Source: Jimgerdemannia flammicorona (taxonomy: Eukaryota). Taken from it: 33,276 nucleotides of DNA. Both the position numbers and the translations under genes were made by a program. Location of the stretch: positions 1 through 33,276 of the forward strand of contig RBNJ01000317.1 in NCBI GenBank assembly GCA_003990765.1, written 5' to 3'. Under the pieces are notes generated by a model. It was not told the origin of the DNA, made no database searches, and saw only the letters and a program-made list of their open reading frames with translations. Positions 21,451 to 33,276 of this stretch are shown here, piece after piece (the stretch's first letter is position 1; every line of letters starts with the position of its first letter).

Positions 21451-22884
21451 CTGGAATGGAAGACAATTTTGTCTCTATTGACTTTAATCTGAGTGAATTC
21501 CTGACTGCTTTAAGGCTAGAGTTAGAGGCTGTCCTATCAACAACCACTACTCTTTCACCTGATGGGGCTACTTCTGGGCTAGATTTTGGAAAACTGCTAG
21601 AACACAATATCTTGGAAAAGTTTTTAGACTCCTTGGCTTATGTTGTCAATATAAAGTGTATGATTGATGTGCTCCAGAAGATATTCTAGAGTTCTTATTG
21701 TGAGGGGTTGTCTGAGCTATAGTATTTCTGCTTTCCTGGAAGTCTCTCCTTAATGAGTCTGAAGATATATAACTGAATTTTTCAGTATCTTCCAACTGTT
21801 AAAGTGAGATTGGATAATTCTCAGATATGATTTCAGAGAGAGCCATGCATGTTTATTAATTGCAGATTGTTGATAAGGTTATTCTATTTTTATTTAATTT
21901 TCAGAAAGCTAAGAAAGATCAGTATAAAGTATAATTAGTGGATTTTTTGAATCAACAGTAGCAATACTGATAAAATCAACAGGATCTTAAAGCTAAATTT
22001 ATTCAAACCTGGTTCTGAATTCTAAGTTTAACAGATTTTGAAATATTGAGAATTCCAAGGCTCAATATTGTAGTGAGACAAACTACTATACTCTATATGC
22101 AAGATTCTGAGAAAGTTAGATATTAATATCCCATCAGGTCCTCAGAAAAAGAGTATTAAAATTAATTTTAAACTATGATATTTTTGAAGTACTCTAATTT
22201 GCCAGCTAGTATTCTGGATTTAAATCACAATTATATTATTCTAGATACTGATACCAAGAAAGTTGTTTTGGTAGTTTGGAGGAAGATATTAAAAGATTAG
22301 GCAAGTCAGGTCTTGATGAATATTTATAATGAGGTATTTAAAGTTCAATAAGCTGAATTATACAGCAAGGCTCAAGCTAGAACTGGGTCTTATATATATA
22401 TCAGCTGGCTATACATTGACTTATGCTGGTGGAATGTATTACTACATAATACCTCAATAATTTCAAACCAAAAATTGGACAAGATAAATGGGAGAAATAT
22501 GAAATAGTAGTTATAGAGCTTGCTTTATTACCTCCTGCTGAATGTGGTGTTGAATTTCTCAACTTTATATAATTTATGATCAGTTTAATACCTCTTACTA
22601 TCTGTCTCCAGATACTATTTCTGAGAGTATAGTGATATTCTCATTCTTGACTTTGGTATCCTCAAATTTAGTATTCTTGACTTTGATATCCTCAACCTCA
22701 GTATTCTCTGCCAACATAACATTCTTTACCAACACAATATTCTCTGCCAATATGATGTCTCCTACCAATATGATATCCCCAACTAATACTCTGAAATTGC
22801 CTAGAATAGATAGAGGTCAAATGAATTAAGATCAATCTAGGGTGTATTTTCAACTTGTGGAATTCCAGTTTGAGCAGAATGTGA

Positions 22885-23170
22885 TCAGAGTTATGAATGT
22901 AGTTCAAACTGTGGCAAAGTCTCTGAGGTGGAAGGAGTCTAGAACAGTCTGTTTCAGTATATGTAGTATAGTTTCAGCCAGGGCTTTAGTCCATTTCAGT
23001 TTACTCCAACCATAGTATACTTAGTTAGTATAATTTAGGAGTACCTTTATTCACTGCAGAGCAGTATGCCCCACCTCTCATTATCTAGCCAAACAATAGA
23101 CTGAACAATAGTTTAGTATCAGTACTTTGCATTAGTCTCTAGTAGTAGCTCTCAAGCTGTTTTCATACAC
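22885..23170 (+). repeat. Ngaro split direct repeat A1
   Basis: tcagagttatgaatgtagttcaaactgtggcaaagtctctgagg...caagctgtttt..acac, repeated at 27261-27550. Confidence 0.92.
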
Positions 23171-24375
23171 ATGCCCTCTACATGCCATTCTCAAGGCATT
23201 CAGCTGATGCCTACACTGGCTCCACCTTATGGACACTCATCAATCCCAAATACAGCTGGCTTATATATATCATGGAAGGAGCATCTCATTGTACTCTACT
23301 GTGAATATGAGTTACCTGCTGATGGTACTAAAAACATGTTGATTACACAGCTTGAAGACTCTTATCCATTATTTGTTCTGGTGCCTCAGGTCAGTTTACC
23401 TATAGATGACATGTTAATTGAGCACCTTCTCCCTGCTATCATGGTACACCTTGCAGGCAACCCTCCCTCAGTCCCAACACCCACACCTCTGGCCTTCTCC
23501 CCCATGGTACCATTCAGCCTAGCTCTAGATAGTCTAAACTCTATTATCTTGCTTCCAGCCCTTTCTCTTGACCCACAGGCCCCTGCCATGCTGGTGCCAT
23601 ATGGTGAGTCTCAGTTATCCTTTGTTTCTGACATGGTTTTACAATGTGACTGGGTACCAGCAGATCTCCTGGCCTCTCTCAATGCAGGAGATTATCAAAT
23701 CCTAGCTGAATAGAAAGGCTCTGCACTGCTCTCATGGGTCAACACCAAGTGGAAAATAGATAACTTCCTGCTCAATTACCACCTTGACTTCCCCTTCTGG
23801 CTCAAGGCTCTCTTTAATATTTGCAGTATGCTGCTAGCCCTTGGGGTCATGAAGTCTGTAACCCACATAACATATATAGCCCAGCTCTTAGCTCACATCA
23901 TCTTTGTCATTAAAGCCATCAATGACTGCTATGCCTGGGCTACACTACAGCATTTTGACCACCAGATCTGTACCTTGAAGACTTCCTTCCCAGAGCTAGA
24001 CATTGGTAATCCAGAGGCAGTATAGTGTACCTTTGAGATAGTCATTGACCAACCAGCATCTGCCCCAGTAGCATATCAATCAAACTGCCACATTAATTCT
24101 GCTACTTCACCCACTAGCTCCAAAAACTCATCTATGTGATCTCTTCTGTACTTTCAGTGTGGGGTGCAGGGACATTTGTCTACTTTCTGCACCTAAGCAC
24201 CTCTCCAATACCCAGCATTTCCTATCAAACTAGATGATCTCTTGTCCCATAACAGTATCCCCAGCTCCATCTGCCAGAACTTCAATAGCTATGGCTGTCA
24301 CAGTAACTATGGCAGATCCCACATTTGCATTTTCTGCTATAAGCCCCATATAGCCATGACATGCCCTGCTTGCTG
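23171..24375 (+). pseudogene. Decayed gag-like ORF of the Ngaro element
   Basis: Knuckle relic YFQCGVQGHLSTFC (~24150-24190) and Cys/His motif CQNFNSYGC...HICIFCYKPHIAMTC (~24272-24365); several stops. Confidence 0.7.
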
Positions 24376-25950
24376 TGACTAATTTGGCTACCCCTCTGCT
24401 GGCTTCTAACCCTTACATTCCTTATCACTTTGAGGCTTGGCATGATGCCTTATGCACTCATCCAGACCAATCACTAGTTCAGTATCATCTAGCTGGCCTT
24501 CAACATGGCTACTTCTATAGCAACCATTCACACCCAGAACTCTGCATCGACCTTCTATCTGACAACCTCCTTTTGGCCTTTATCAATCAGACAGTTCTTT
24601 CTCACAACATTTTGACCAAACTGGCCACCAAGTGATACCTCAGCCCCTTTACATTGCTCTCTACTCTTCCCTCCAAATTCTATCTCTTTCGCAATATTCC
24701 CCTGGGCATCATCCTTAAAAAAAACTCTGCCAAATTCTGTATGATTCAACACTTATCATTCCCCAAGGGCACTACTATCAATGATAGTATTGACCCTGAG
24801 GAGTTCTCTATTCAGTATCAATCTATATAAGAAATCATCCAGCTTCTTATTTCCATCAGCTCCATCACTCTCTTCTGGAAGGCAGACATTGCTGATGTGT
24901 TTTGAACCATCTCAGTTAATTAAGTCAATTGGGCCATATAGGGCATCTGCTGGCTTGGTCTGTTTTTCCTTGATATATACCTCCTGTTCAGCTTATACTC
25001 TGCCCCCTTCATTTTCACCTCACTCATGGACCTCTTTATATGGATATATCACCAGTTGTATGACCTTCCCAATTTAGGACATTTTGTTGACAATTTCATC
25101 TATATGTCACAGACAGCACATGCTCATGCAATATATGCCCACTTCTATATAGTCACCAACTAGTTCAGCCTCCTGCTTAAGCTGCTCAAGGATATTTCTC
25201 CCTCTCTGATTATTGAATATATAGGTTTCCTACTAGATACTCCCAACATGACCATCAGCCTTCCTGCAGACAAATGTGAGTACATTCTCACTGTCCTTGC
25301 AGACTGACTCATTCTCTCAGATAAGTCTCACTGCCCTCGCCCACAGTTGTACTATGAGACTCAGTTATTGCAGGACTATTTAATGTATATTATCTAGGTC
25401 TTATCTGATGGGAAAGTATTCTGTGACTCTATCATTTGCTTCATAGCAGTGTGGAAGCCCCCATATGCTGGGCACTACCACCTGTCTAATTGCCTTGTCA
25501 CCAACTTACTTTGGTGGCAGGACATACTATGCTCATGGACAGGCTATCACCTACTTTTCTACTCTGACTGGCTCGACTATGACTTTTTTACAGATGCATT
25601 GGGCTCACTCAATGCCAGTACTTGGTTTGGCCAGCACTGGTGGAGCACTCATTGGGCCCCATTGTTCTCTGGCCTAGGTGGATATGATATCTTCTGAAAG
25701 GAAATATTCACCATTTGAGTCTCACTCATGCTTTGGAGCCTATCATTCTGCTCTTATCAGATCATCCTATAGTACAATAGCCAACCTTGTATCAAATCTT
25801 TGACCAGTGGCCATGCTCCTCACCATCCTCTTGTCAATGATCTCTTTCATCAGATCATCATCCTTTATCTTGAATTCAGCTTTGACATCTAAGCCAGGTA
25901 CATCCCTTCAGAGTCTAACCCCACCGATTTCCTGTCTCATTTTGTGCACC
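24376..25950 (+). pseudogene. Decayed reverse transcriptase / RNase H of the Ngaro element
   Basis: KFCMIQHLSFPKGTTINDSI, WKADIADVF*, LLFSLYSAPFIF (LPFGLRSAP relic), HFVDNF (YxDD relic), IEYIGFLLDT, FFTDALGS (TDAS relic). Confidence 0.85.
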
Positions 25951-26099
25951 TCCCAACCCATCCACAGGACCTACTCCCACCTCAGGTATCATCCCTCTTT
26001 GGCTTTGTAATCAATTTGAAGTATGCTTATATCAATACACTTATACCTGCACTGGCAGTCTCTGTCCAGGGATCAACTCTCTCCTCTGGTTTCTTGACT

Positions 26100-26915
26100 C
26101 CTGTCACATCTCTGAGTAGGCAGCCTTTCCTTTGACTGATGATCTCCTCAGTTACTGGGTACTGTGGGTAGTCAATGACAAGAAGTCCCATATAATGATA
26201 AAGAACTACTTCTATGATCTAGCTGCTTACCAGGTAGCTCATTGGTGGGGCCTTACCCTATAATGTGCTAATCTACCTCTGTTCAATGTGGTCCTAAAGA
26301 ACATTACCACCAATCCCCTCCTTGATATCCCATCACTCAAATACCTTTCTACTATCTGCCAATACCTTGGGTGCATCCATCTTTACTTATGCCTCAATAC
26401 TCTACCTAGTATCATAGTCTGAGCTACCATGTGTATAGTCTTTTATGACCTCATAAGAATAGATGAATTAATGACCTGAGATAGTTAGGTTTTTAATCCA
26501 TCCTGATAAGTTTGCCATCATCATCTTCAATACAGCTGGGATCTCACCCTTGCCCACCCATTTTAGTCAATTCACCTATCTCGTACAAAGGTGGGCTCTG
26601 CTGGTGAGGTGTTTCTGGGGTTTTCCAGAGCTTTTGATTACCCTTACTTGGTGATTGATAATATGGTTTAGGTTATTTCAGCTCAGCCAAATGAATCTGC
26701 CTTTTGTCTCAGGCCCATGCAGCTATTGTTTTGTACAAGCTTTATTGATACCATTTAATCCACTTTATCTGGCTTAGCTCTCACATCAGAGATCCATGAC
26801 CATTCCTTCCATATTGGTAGTACCACTCTGCTGGCTTCTACTGGTTACCCTGACCATATTATCCAATTGGCCAGCTGCTGGAAGTTCTTTATCTTTTTGC
26901 ACTACATTCAGTAAC
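26100..26915 (+). pseudogene. Decayed tyrosine recombinase of the Ngaro element
   Basis: VFYDLIRIDEL (box I relic, ~26440) and DHSFHIGSTTLLASTGYPDHIIQLASCWK (GHSFRIG..GRWKS relic, ~26798-26883). Confidence 0.85.
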
Positions 26916-27070
26916 TTGATTATATTATCTCTTGTACAATAGTTATACTTACAGTGCTGCCCTTTCCAGTGCTTCTGCAGGCCATCAGTTTGGCTGGTAG
27001 TGGTCAGGTATCATCCATAAGCAGTTAGTGGTACCTTGCAAAGCCTCAACTACCCCTTAGGCCTGCAATA

Positions 27071-27260
27071 GTTGGTCTTCTTTGTCATAGGTAAGGGCAG
27101 GCCTGGGAAGCACATGCTTTATCCAGCCAAACTCAACATTTACTTGGTTACTTGTTTTGATGTCCTCTTCTCTTTCTCTTCTATTTCATTCTCCTTACTC
27201 AATTAGTGCAATCTTCTCTTTTTTGGACAGTACCCAATTTTGGTGTACCTGGAGACATTG
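27071..27260 (+). repeat. Ngaro split direct repeat B1
   Basis: gttggYcttcttt...ggacagtacccaattttggt..gaYattg, repeated at 27586-27775. Confidence 0.92.
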
Positions 27261-27550
27261 TCAGAGTTATGAATGTAGTTCAAACTGTGGCAAAGTCTCT
27301 GAGGTGGGAGGAGCCTAGAACAGTCTGTTTTAGTATATATAGTATAGTTTCAGCTGGGGCTTTAGTCTATTTCAGTTTACCCAACTATAGTATACTTAGT
27401 TAGTACAATTTGGGGGTGCCTTTATTCACTGCAGGGCAGTACACCCCACTCCTCATTGTCTAGCTGAACAATAGGCTGAACAATAGTTTAGCATCAGTAC
27501 TTTATATAGCATTAGTCTCTAGTAGTAGCTTACAAGCTGTTTTTACACAC
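27261..27550 (+). repeat. Ngaro split direct repeat A2
   Basis: Direct copy of 22885-23170 abutting B1. Confidence 0.92.
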
Positions 27551-27585
27551 CCCTCTCTCTCATCCCTAGTGAAATATGAATAAAG

Positions 27586-27775
27586 GTTGGCCTTCTTTAC
27601 CATAAGTGAGGGCAGACCTGGGAAGTGTATGCTATATCCAGCCAAACCCAATGTTCACTTGGTTGCTCATTTTGATGTCTCCTTCTTCTTCCCTTCTATT
27701 TCATTCCCCTCACTTGATCAGTGCAATCTTTTCTTTTTTGGACAGTACCCAATTTTGGTATACCCAGAGATATTG
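27586..27775 (+). repeat. Ngaro split direct repeat B2
   Basis: Direct copy of 27071-27260. Confidence 0.92.
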
Positions 27776-30473
27776 TTAAATAATTAAGATAAAGTATACT
27801 ACTAAAGAAAAAAGAGTATACTATACTTGTGACAAGAAGAGTTATCTCTCCTATAACTACTTAGAAAAGAAGAAAAAGGGACTATTCAATAGCTTAAGTA
27901 TATAATATTGAAACTATTATTATAATTAGAGAAAAATTAGAAGTAAAGACTACTGATAATATCATTAAGATCTAGAAAATATACTATATACTATTATTTT
28001 AATCAAAGCTTACTCTACTGATATAGACTATAATCTCTATAGTAGTCAAGATCTCACTATTCTACCAGACTCCAATACTGAGATTGAAATAAAAGCCCTT
28101 AAAGGAATCTATATCTGTCTAACTGAAAGAAGTAATCTAATTAAAGACTTCAATATTAGACTAGTAGGAGGAGTAATATATTAAGACTTTACTATAAAGT
28201 TTGAGTTATTTTATACAATTTTGATAACATATCCTTTGATGTCAAAGCTGATTAAGAAATTGCTCAAACAATTATTGAAGAGACCCAAGATAATGTAGAG
28301 ATTAAAAGTTCAATCTTTATCTTTAAGTTTAAGTTCTCTATATTAGTTTAGCACTTTACTCACCTCTAGTCTATAAACAACTGACTCTGAAACAGTTTGA
28401 AATAAAGCAATACATAGTTCTGAATTGACAAGGTATCATAGATACTAAAGTCTATTCCAGACTTTGTGAAAATTGTAGAGGACTATAAAGAGTTGGTTTT
28501 CTGCCCTTTGTCTATTCTTAAACAACTCTACCTCTTTCTTTCTTTAAAGGGTTTTTAGTTTTTTCTATCTTGTTTTTTGCTTCTGAGATACCTTCATCAC
28601 CTCTTTTCTTTCTCTCCTTCATTTTCTCTGACTCATGTACCAAGCTTCCTAAACTAGAGGACTCCATAAGAGTTGAGAGGTTCTTTTATTGGGACTACTG
28701 TCTTACTATAACTCAATTACATAATCTATAGAACATGCTATTTCACACATAAGAAATTTCTAAGACACTTCAAATAAAGCATGCCATTGTGTATGATATA
28801 GCAAACCAACTCTTCACAGTCTTCCACAATGCTCGCAAAGTCTGGGAAAGACTTTGGTGTCTACGGCACCTTGTCCGTCTGGGAATTCAAAATTCTACAT
28901 CTAACTTTATTTTATTGACAGTGCACTCCTAACCACCTGTGAAGGCCTACTTACAACAAAGAGCTACACATACTGTGCACAGGCTTCTCTAAGTGACCAG
29001 GCCGAGTGCATGGCTGGTGCGAAATGTAGTCCCGCCACATTATATAACTCTAGTAAAGGACGTGTTTATCAGTCACATATGCCTGAATTTGGTCTTTTCG
29101 TGAAGTGCTAGGTAAGCACGCCATAAGTAAATAAAACGATACCCACCGCCAATGTTTCTCCTTAATGCTGAACTTCGCCAACGTTTTCCAAAGCGTGAAC
29201 TTTACCAATCGTTCCACGACCTTCCCGATTTCGACATGGCAATCATAAAAGAGTGTGTCAGTCGGTTATTAATTTTTCGCCTCCATGTCAGCTCGGTGTT
29301 AAATTACAACATGCATCTTAGGAACAAACTTTTGAATCACGAACAACGTGTGCGTGAAACTTGGAATGCTCGAGGAAGAAAACTCCACGTTGCTTGGGCT
29401 GTTTCGCAGCAAATATACGGATATGTGACTTTCTAAACCGTAACCGTTCTCCCCAGTATGAAGATGGCCTGACTTGTGGAACAGCGCTATCATTTTTATG
29501 TTGACATTTCCGCATTGATGCCAATTTCTAGTGTTTTTTTGGATTGTTTTTTTGGTGAAATAACAGGATGATTTTTAAGCCATACGTTGATATCTCCGAG
29601 TGTTCGTGTGACTTAAAAATCATACAGGTATATATATATATATACGTTAATAAAAAGGACTGGAGGCGATTCAAGTTCGCAATAATCAATCGAGATATGA
29701 CGTATACTCGTTCTAAATTTGAAATCTGTATTGAGACCAGGTCATTTCTTGGCGACACGTCGTCGTCAGATATTGCATGTTAGAACGGCATAGACAAGGC
29801 GGTTCAAGTTCTCAAAAATCCGCAATATTTCGTCGGAGATGCCTACAAGTAAATTCGTAAAATATTTCAGCGGCACTTGAGATAAAATTTAAGAGAAGTT
29901 TTCCGTGCTAATTTTCTTCAGATAGAGTTGTGTAGTCGAAGGAAGGCACGGTGCTTCAAGATTTCAGATGGCCTAAGCATTGAGAAACGTAATTGATTAA
30001 AGCTTCAAGTGCGTTCGTGAATGCAAAAAAAAAAAAAAAAAAAAAAAAAAAGAATAAAAGAAAGAAATAAATAAAAAAAGCGGGTGAATTCGTTCGCGCG
30101 ATTATATATCTAGTAGAGAATTATAAACCACTTTAATTATATACTGATTTTTTTTATGTTTTAATTCTGAATCGTAATTTTACGGACGATAATACTGCCA
30201 GCCGATTCCAGCCAGTCGAGCTCATCTGCGCACTAAATACGTACGACACCGCTGATTCCACATGTTTAGTTTTCATTGCATTTATTACCGAAATTTACAA
30301 ACACGAGTGGCTTTTGCCTCCCGAAAAGAAAAAAGAAAACATCGTAGGTGCGATGTCGTTATCGATACAATATACATGTCGCAATGAAAAATCGCGCTAA
30401 CTAAGCCATTGAAAACCTCGCCAACACGCCACAACATCGACCATGGCACCTTGACGACTGTTTGTTGGGTTGA

Positions 30474-30923
30474 TCAATGGTCATCGTCGTCGTCGCAAGG
30501 GTCGTCGCAAGGGTCGTCGCAAGGTTTATGGTGGTCGTCGCAATCATCGTCGTCGTCGCAATCATCGTCGCAATCATCGTCGCAAGGGTCGTCGCAAGGG
30601 TCGTCGCAAGGGTCGTCGCAAGGGTCGTCGCAAGGGTCGTCGCAAGGGTCGTCGCAAGGGTCGTCGCAAGGGTCGTCGCAATGGTGGTGGCAATGGTGGT
30701 CGCAATGGTGGTCGCAATGGTGGTCGCAGTCGCAATCCTTTGACGGAGGAGACTTCTTCCCCCTCTTTTCAACGCCTTTATGAACGGCAGGCGTAGGATC
30801 TCCTCTGCGTGCGATGGCGGCACCAGCCTTGTGGCTGTGGCGGATGGGGATCGGGGTGGACACGACAACAGTGGCGAGCATCGCCAGAAGGACGAAGAAG
30901 ACGAAGGTGTTGGAAAGCCTCAT
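30474..30923 (-). CDS. Small secreted Cys/Asp/His-rich repeat protein, 149 aa (putative metal-binding pre-pro-peptide)
   Basis: Signal peptide MRLSNTFVFFVLLAMLATVVVS, basic pro-region with RR and KR, then (CDHH)3, CHHH, (CDDP)8, CDDD...; TATA box upstream. Confidence 0.82.
   Translation of the reverse strand: MRLSNTFVFFVLLAMLATVVVSTPIPIRHSHKAGAAIARRGDPTPAVHKGVEKRGKKSPPSKDCDCDHHCDHHCDHHCHHHCDDPCDDPCDDPCDDPCDDPCDDPCDDPCDDPCDDDCDDDCDDDDDCDDHHKPCDDPCDDPCDDDDDH
30480..30736. repeat. 12-bp coding minisatellite (gtcgtcgcaagg and variants)
   Basis: Direct tandem repeat that leaves several reading frames open. Confidence 0.95.
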
Positions 30924-31008
30924 GACGATGGAGATGAGAGGGGATGAGGGTATGAGATTGCGAGTTGGGCTGATGAGGCTGTCGGTCAATGAGTGCTGAG
31001 GATGTGTG

Positions 31009-31016
31009 CTTTTATA
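31009..31016 (-). promoter_or_regulatory. Putative TATA box (TATAAAAG) of the secreted repeat-peptide gene
   Basis: Consensus TATAAAAG ~86 nt upstream of the ATG at 30923, followed by a pyrimidine-rich leader. Confidence 0.6.
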
Positions 31017-32399
31017 CACGGAATTTGGGCGGATGGCGGTTGCTCGACATTTTTTTGTGTATGTCCACAAGAGTCCGTAACGGTCTGATTTTTTTTTTTT
31101 AAAAGCGTATTGTTATTTTTGGGTGCTTTGATCAGGCGCTTCGGCAGCAAGATTTAATTTTACCGCAACTCATAATTTTATCGCAAACAATAAACACGTT
31201 CCACCTCACATTCACTTGTTAATAGTCCGATCTTATTTTAGATCATACAGGTCGACTGTCCAGGTTGTTTACTGCGCGACAAGCAACCCATGTACTATGG
31301 GACATAATTCAAATAGACGTATGATACTTATAAATAGATTACAAAAAGAAAAATAAGTCACTAGATACTAAATATGTAACAATGCACGCGACATAATACA
31401 TGCGAAAATGTCCAAAATAAAGCAACCATATTCATTTGGTGGGGATCCTTCTCCAACACTTTGTATGCCACGCCGACTTCAACATTTATTAGATGTAGGT
31501 GGTTATTGTTCAAGATACAATTATATCGTCTCCATAACAATATATAACAATTTAGGAATATATTAGCAATTTATAATAACCTCATATTTAATTATAGTTA
31601 AACGCCCAAATTGACCGTCTTTCGTGACCAGTTCGAATGCATGGGTAACACTCTATTTATAGATGCAAATCCTCTTGGACGGCCGTCAACAAAGCTCCAA
31701 GACCAGTCCAGTTGGCATGTGGTGCGTACTGATATTTCGACTTGGCAAAAAAAAAAAAAAAAAAGGATTTAACAGGCGACGCCTAAAACAGACCGGTTGA
31801 GAAATGTTCCGCTGACTTATGTCTACCAATAAATCAATTACTGACAGTTGAGGGATTGGCTTGATCTAAATTTAGGATAAACGTGACATAGAAAATACCT
31901 CTGATGAAAAGAGTGATAAAGAGGCTAACGGTCAGAGCAACCTAACCCAACCCATGTACGCAATGGAGCCGACCCAGAAATTTAAGAACCCCAACCCTGA
32001 GGCACTTTAAACCCGTCTTTGAACCAAACCAGCGACTCATCCCGTCGATTTTATTCCATTTCGAAATTTAGAAGTTCTTTTACTTGACGACAATATGTCC
32101 AAATTGAATTTACATTAGCTTGTTGTATTCACCTTATTTAGATGAATCCAGTATATATAATAATGGTAATCAAATTTTCATATATTTTCAAAAAATAACA
32201 GAATTTCAAAATTTGATATAAATTTTTAAATAGAATCAAATGAATCGGTTAAGTCACTGTTCAGGTTCAAAGAAGGATCAGATACGAATTTGGTCAGTCA
32301 TTTCTTGGATTCGAAGTACTACAGGGTTGGCTATTTTTTAGATCAAATATGCTGCATGCTTGCTCATTTTTTAGTTTTTAGTTTTGGGTCCTTAAGTTG

Positions 32400-33240
32400 A
32401 GTTTGAAATACTATACTTAAAATAGTAACCATTAATGTATATATATAACTTCTGTAATATATTGAAAAATTACTTGATATATTAAGTAATAATATATTTT
32501 TTTAATAATGATCTGAGGAGTAAATTTTAAAAAATCAAAATAATACTATTGAATAAATATAAGACAGACTATATTACTTTATTTAAACTTTATAAATACT
32601 TATACATATTATAATATATAGTGTAATATAGTGGACATGGATCTTGATAAGTTGGTAGAATTCTGGATTTCATATGAAAAAGAAAGAAAGGATATATAAA
32701 GAAGACTTTTTTGACTGAACTGAACTAACTCTGATTTATTCACTCTAAAATACTGGATTATTTATATAGATTTGTATACTAATTTTGCTACTAAATATAA
32801 GGCTAAGTAATAAGTTATTTTATATAAAATTTCAAGTAGAATTTCATCTATATGTATCTCAGGTAGAATCTTATATGAAATCCTATCTGATATTTGTAAA
32901 AGTAATAACAGTTTCACTGATAATATTTTAGCTATATATAATATCTACAGTAAAGATAATTTCTATACTATAATAAATAAGGAAATTGGATTCAGATACT
33001 ACAATTAAATATCTATTTCTTAATTTTATTTTATACCATATACATATCATAATAGATAATATTTTAATATATATTAAAGAATTTTTCAAAATATGTAAAG
33101 ATAATATTGAAATATATAACTTTAGTAATAAGTAATTTTTTTTTTAATAATAGAAATATATTATTTATAATAATATTATTAATTTTTATTAAATTATTAT
33201 TTATATATTAAAAAGTACTAGCTTAATAGAGATAAATTAC
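32400..33240. other. Very AT-rich, CpG-depleted block, probably decayed transposon sequence
   Basis: Composition only; no family motif recognised. Similar blocks at 1-280 and 16150-16840. Confidence 0.4.
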
Positions 33241-33276
33241 AAGCGTAGTCCGAATGTTTGTTCGATCAAGAAAAAA

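Larger units (their letters stand above)
22885..27775 (+). mobile_element. Ngaro-type (DIRS order) tyrosine-recombinase retrotransposon, full length but pseudogenised
   Basis: Split direct repeats A1 22885-23170, B1 27071-27260, A2 27261-27550, B2 27586-27775; internal decayed gag, RT, RNase H and tyrosine recombinase motifs. Confidence 0.9.

Noticed and set aside
21456..21689. 77-aa ORF in the CpG-depleted block
   Set aside because: Probably a fragment of a decayed element; no assignable family, and stops follow.
22885..27550. Conventional LTR retrotransposon with A1/A2 as LTRs
   Set aside because: No TG...CA ends, TSD or DDE integrase seen; a tyrosine recombinase and a second B repeat pair are present.
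29152..29436. 94-aa ORF
   Set aside because: Short, with no recognisable motif or supporting exon structure.
30470..30796. Arg/Gly-rich protamine-like ORF (+) and the other repeat-frame ORFs (TTLA, VVAR, GSSQ)
   Set aside because: Shadow frames of the 12-bp repeat; only the minus-strand Cys/Asp frame has an ATG, signal peptide and TATA box.
30924..31070. 49-aa N-terminal extension in the ORF track
   Set aside because: Starts at a non-ATG codon and spans the TATA box; the ATG at 30923 directly precedes the signal peptide.

Overview
Eukaryotic genomic DNA with spliceosomal GT-AG introns, most likely from an early-diverging fungus (Mucoromycota-like; this is an inference from gene and transposon content). 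The main feature is a 3-exon gene (7733-12918, +, 1648 aa after splicing) whose domain order is signal peptide, animal-type heme peroxidase, heme DOMON, cytochrome b561, split cytochrome b5, and b5-reductase/FNR. This reads as a single-chain transmembrane electron wire, analogous to DUOX but built from different parts. The window also holds a tandem array of BTB-SPRY genes (two intact, three fragments) and a decayed but structurally complete Ngaro-type tyrosine-recombinase retrotransposon (A1-ORFs-B1-A2-B2) inside an ~8 kb block with heavy C-to-T decay. Other features are a small secreted Cys/Asp/His-repeat peptide gene, an orphan 322-aa ORF, MITE-like elements and minisatellites. All calls come from reading motifs by eye; no database searches were run.
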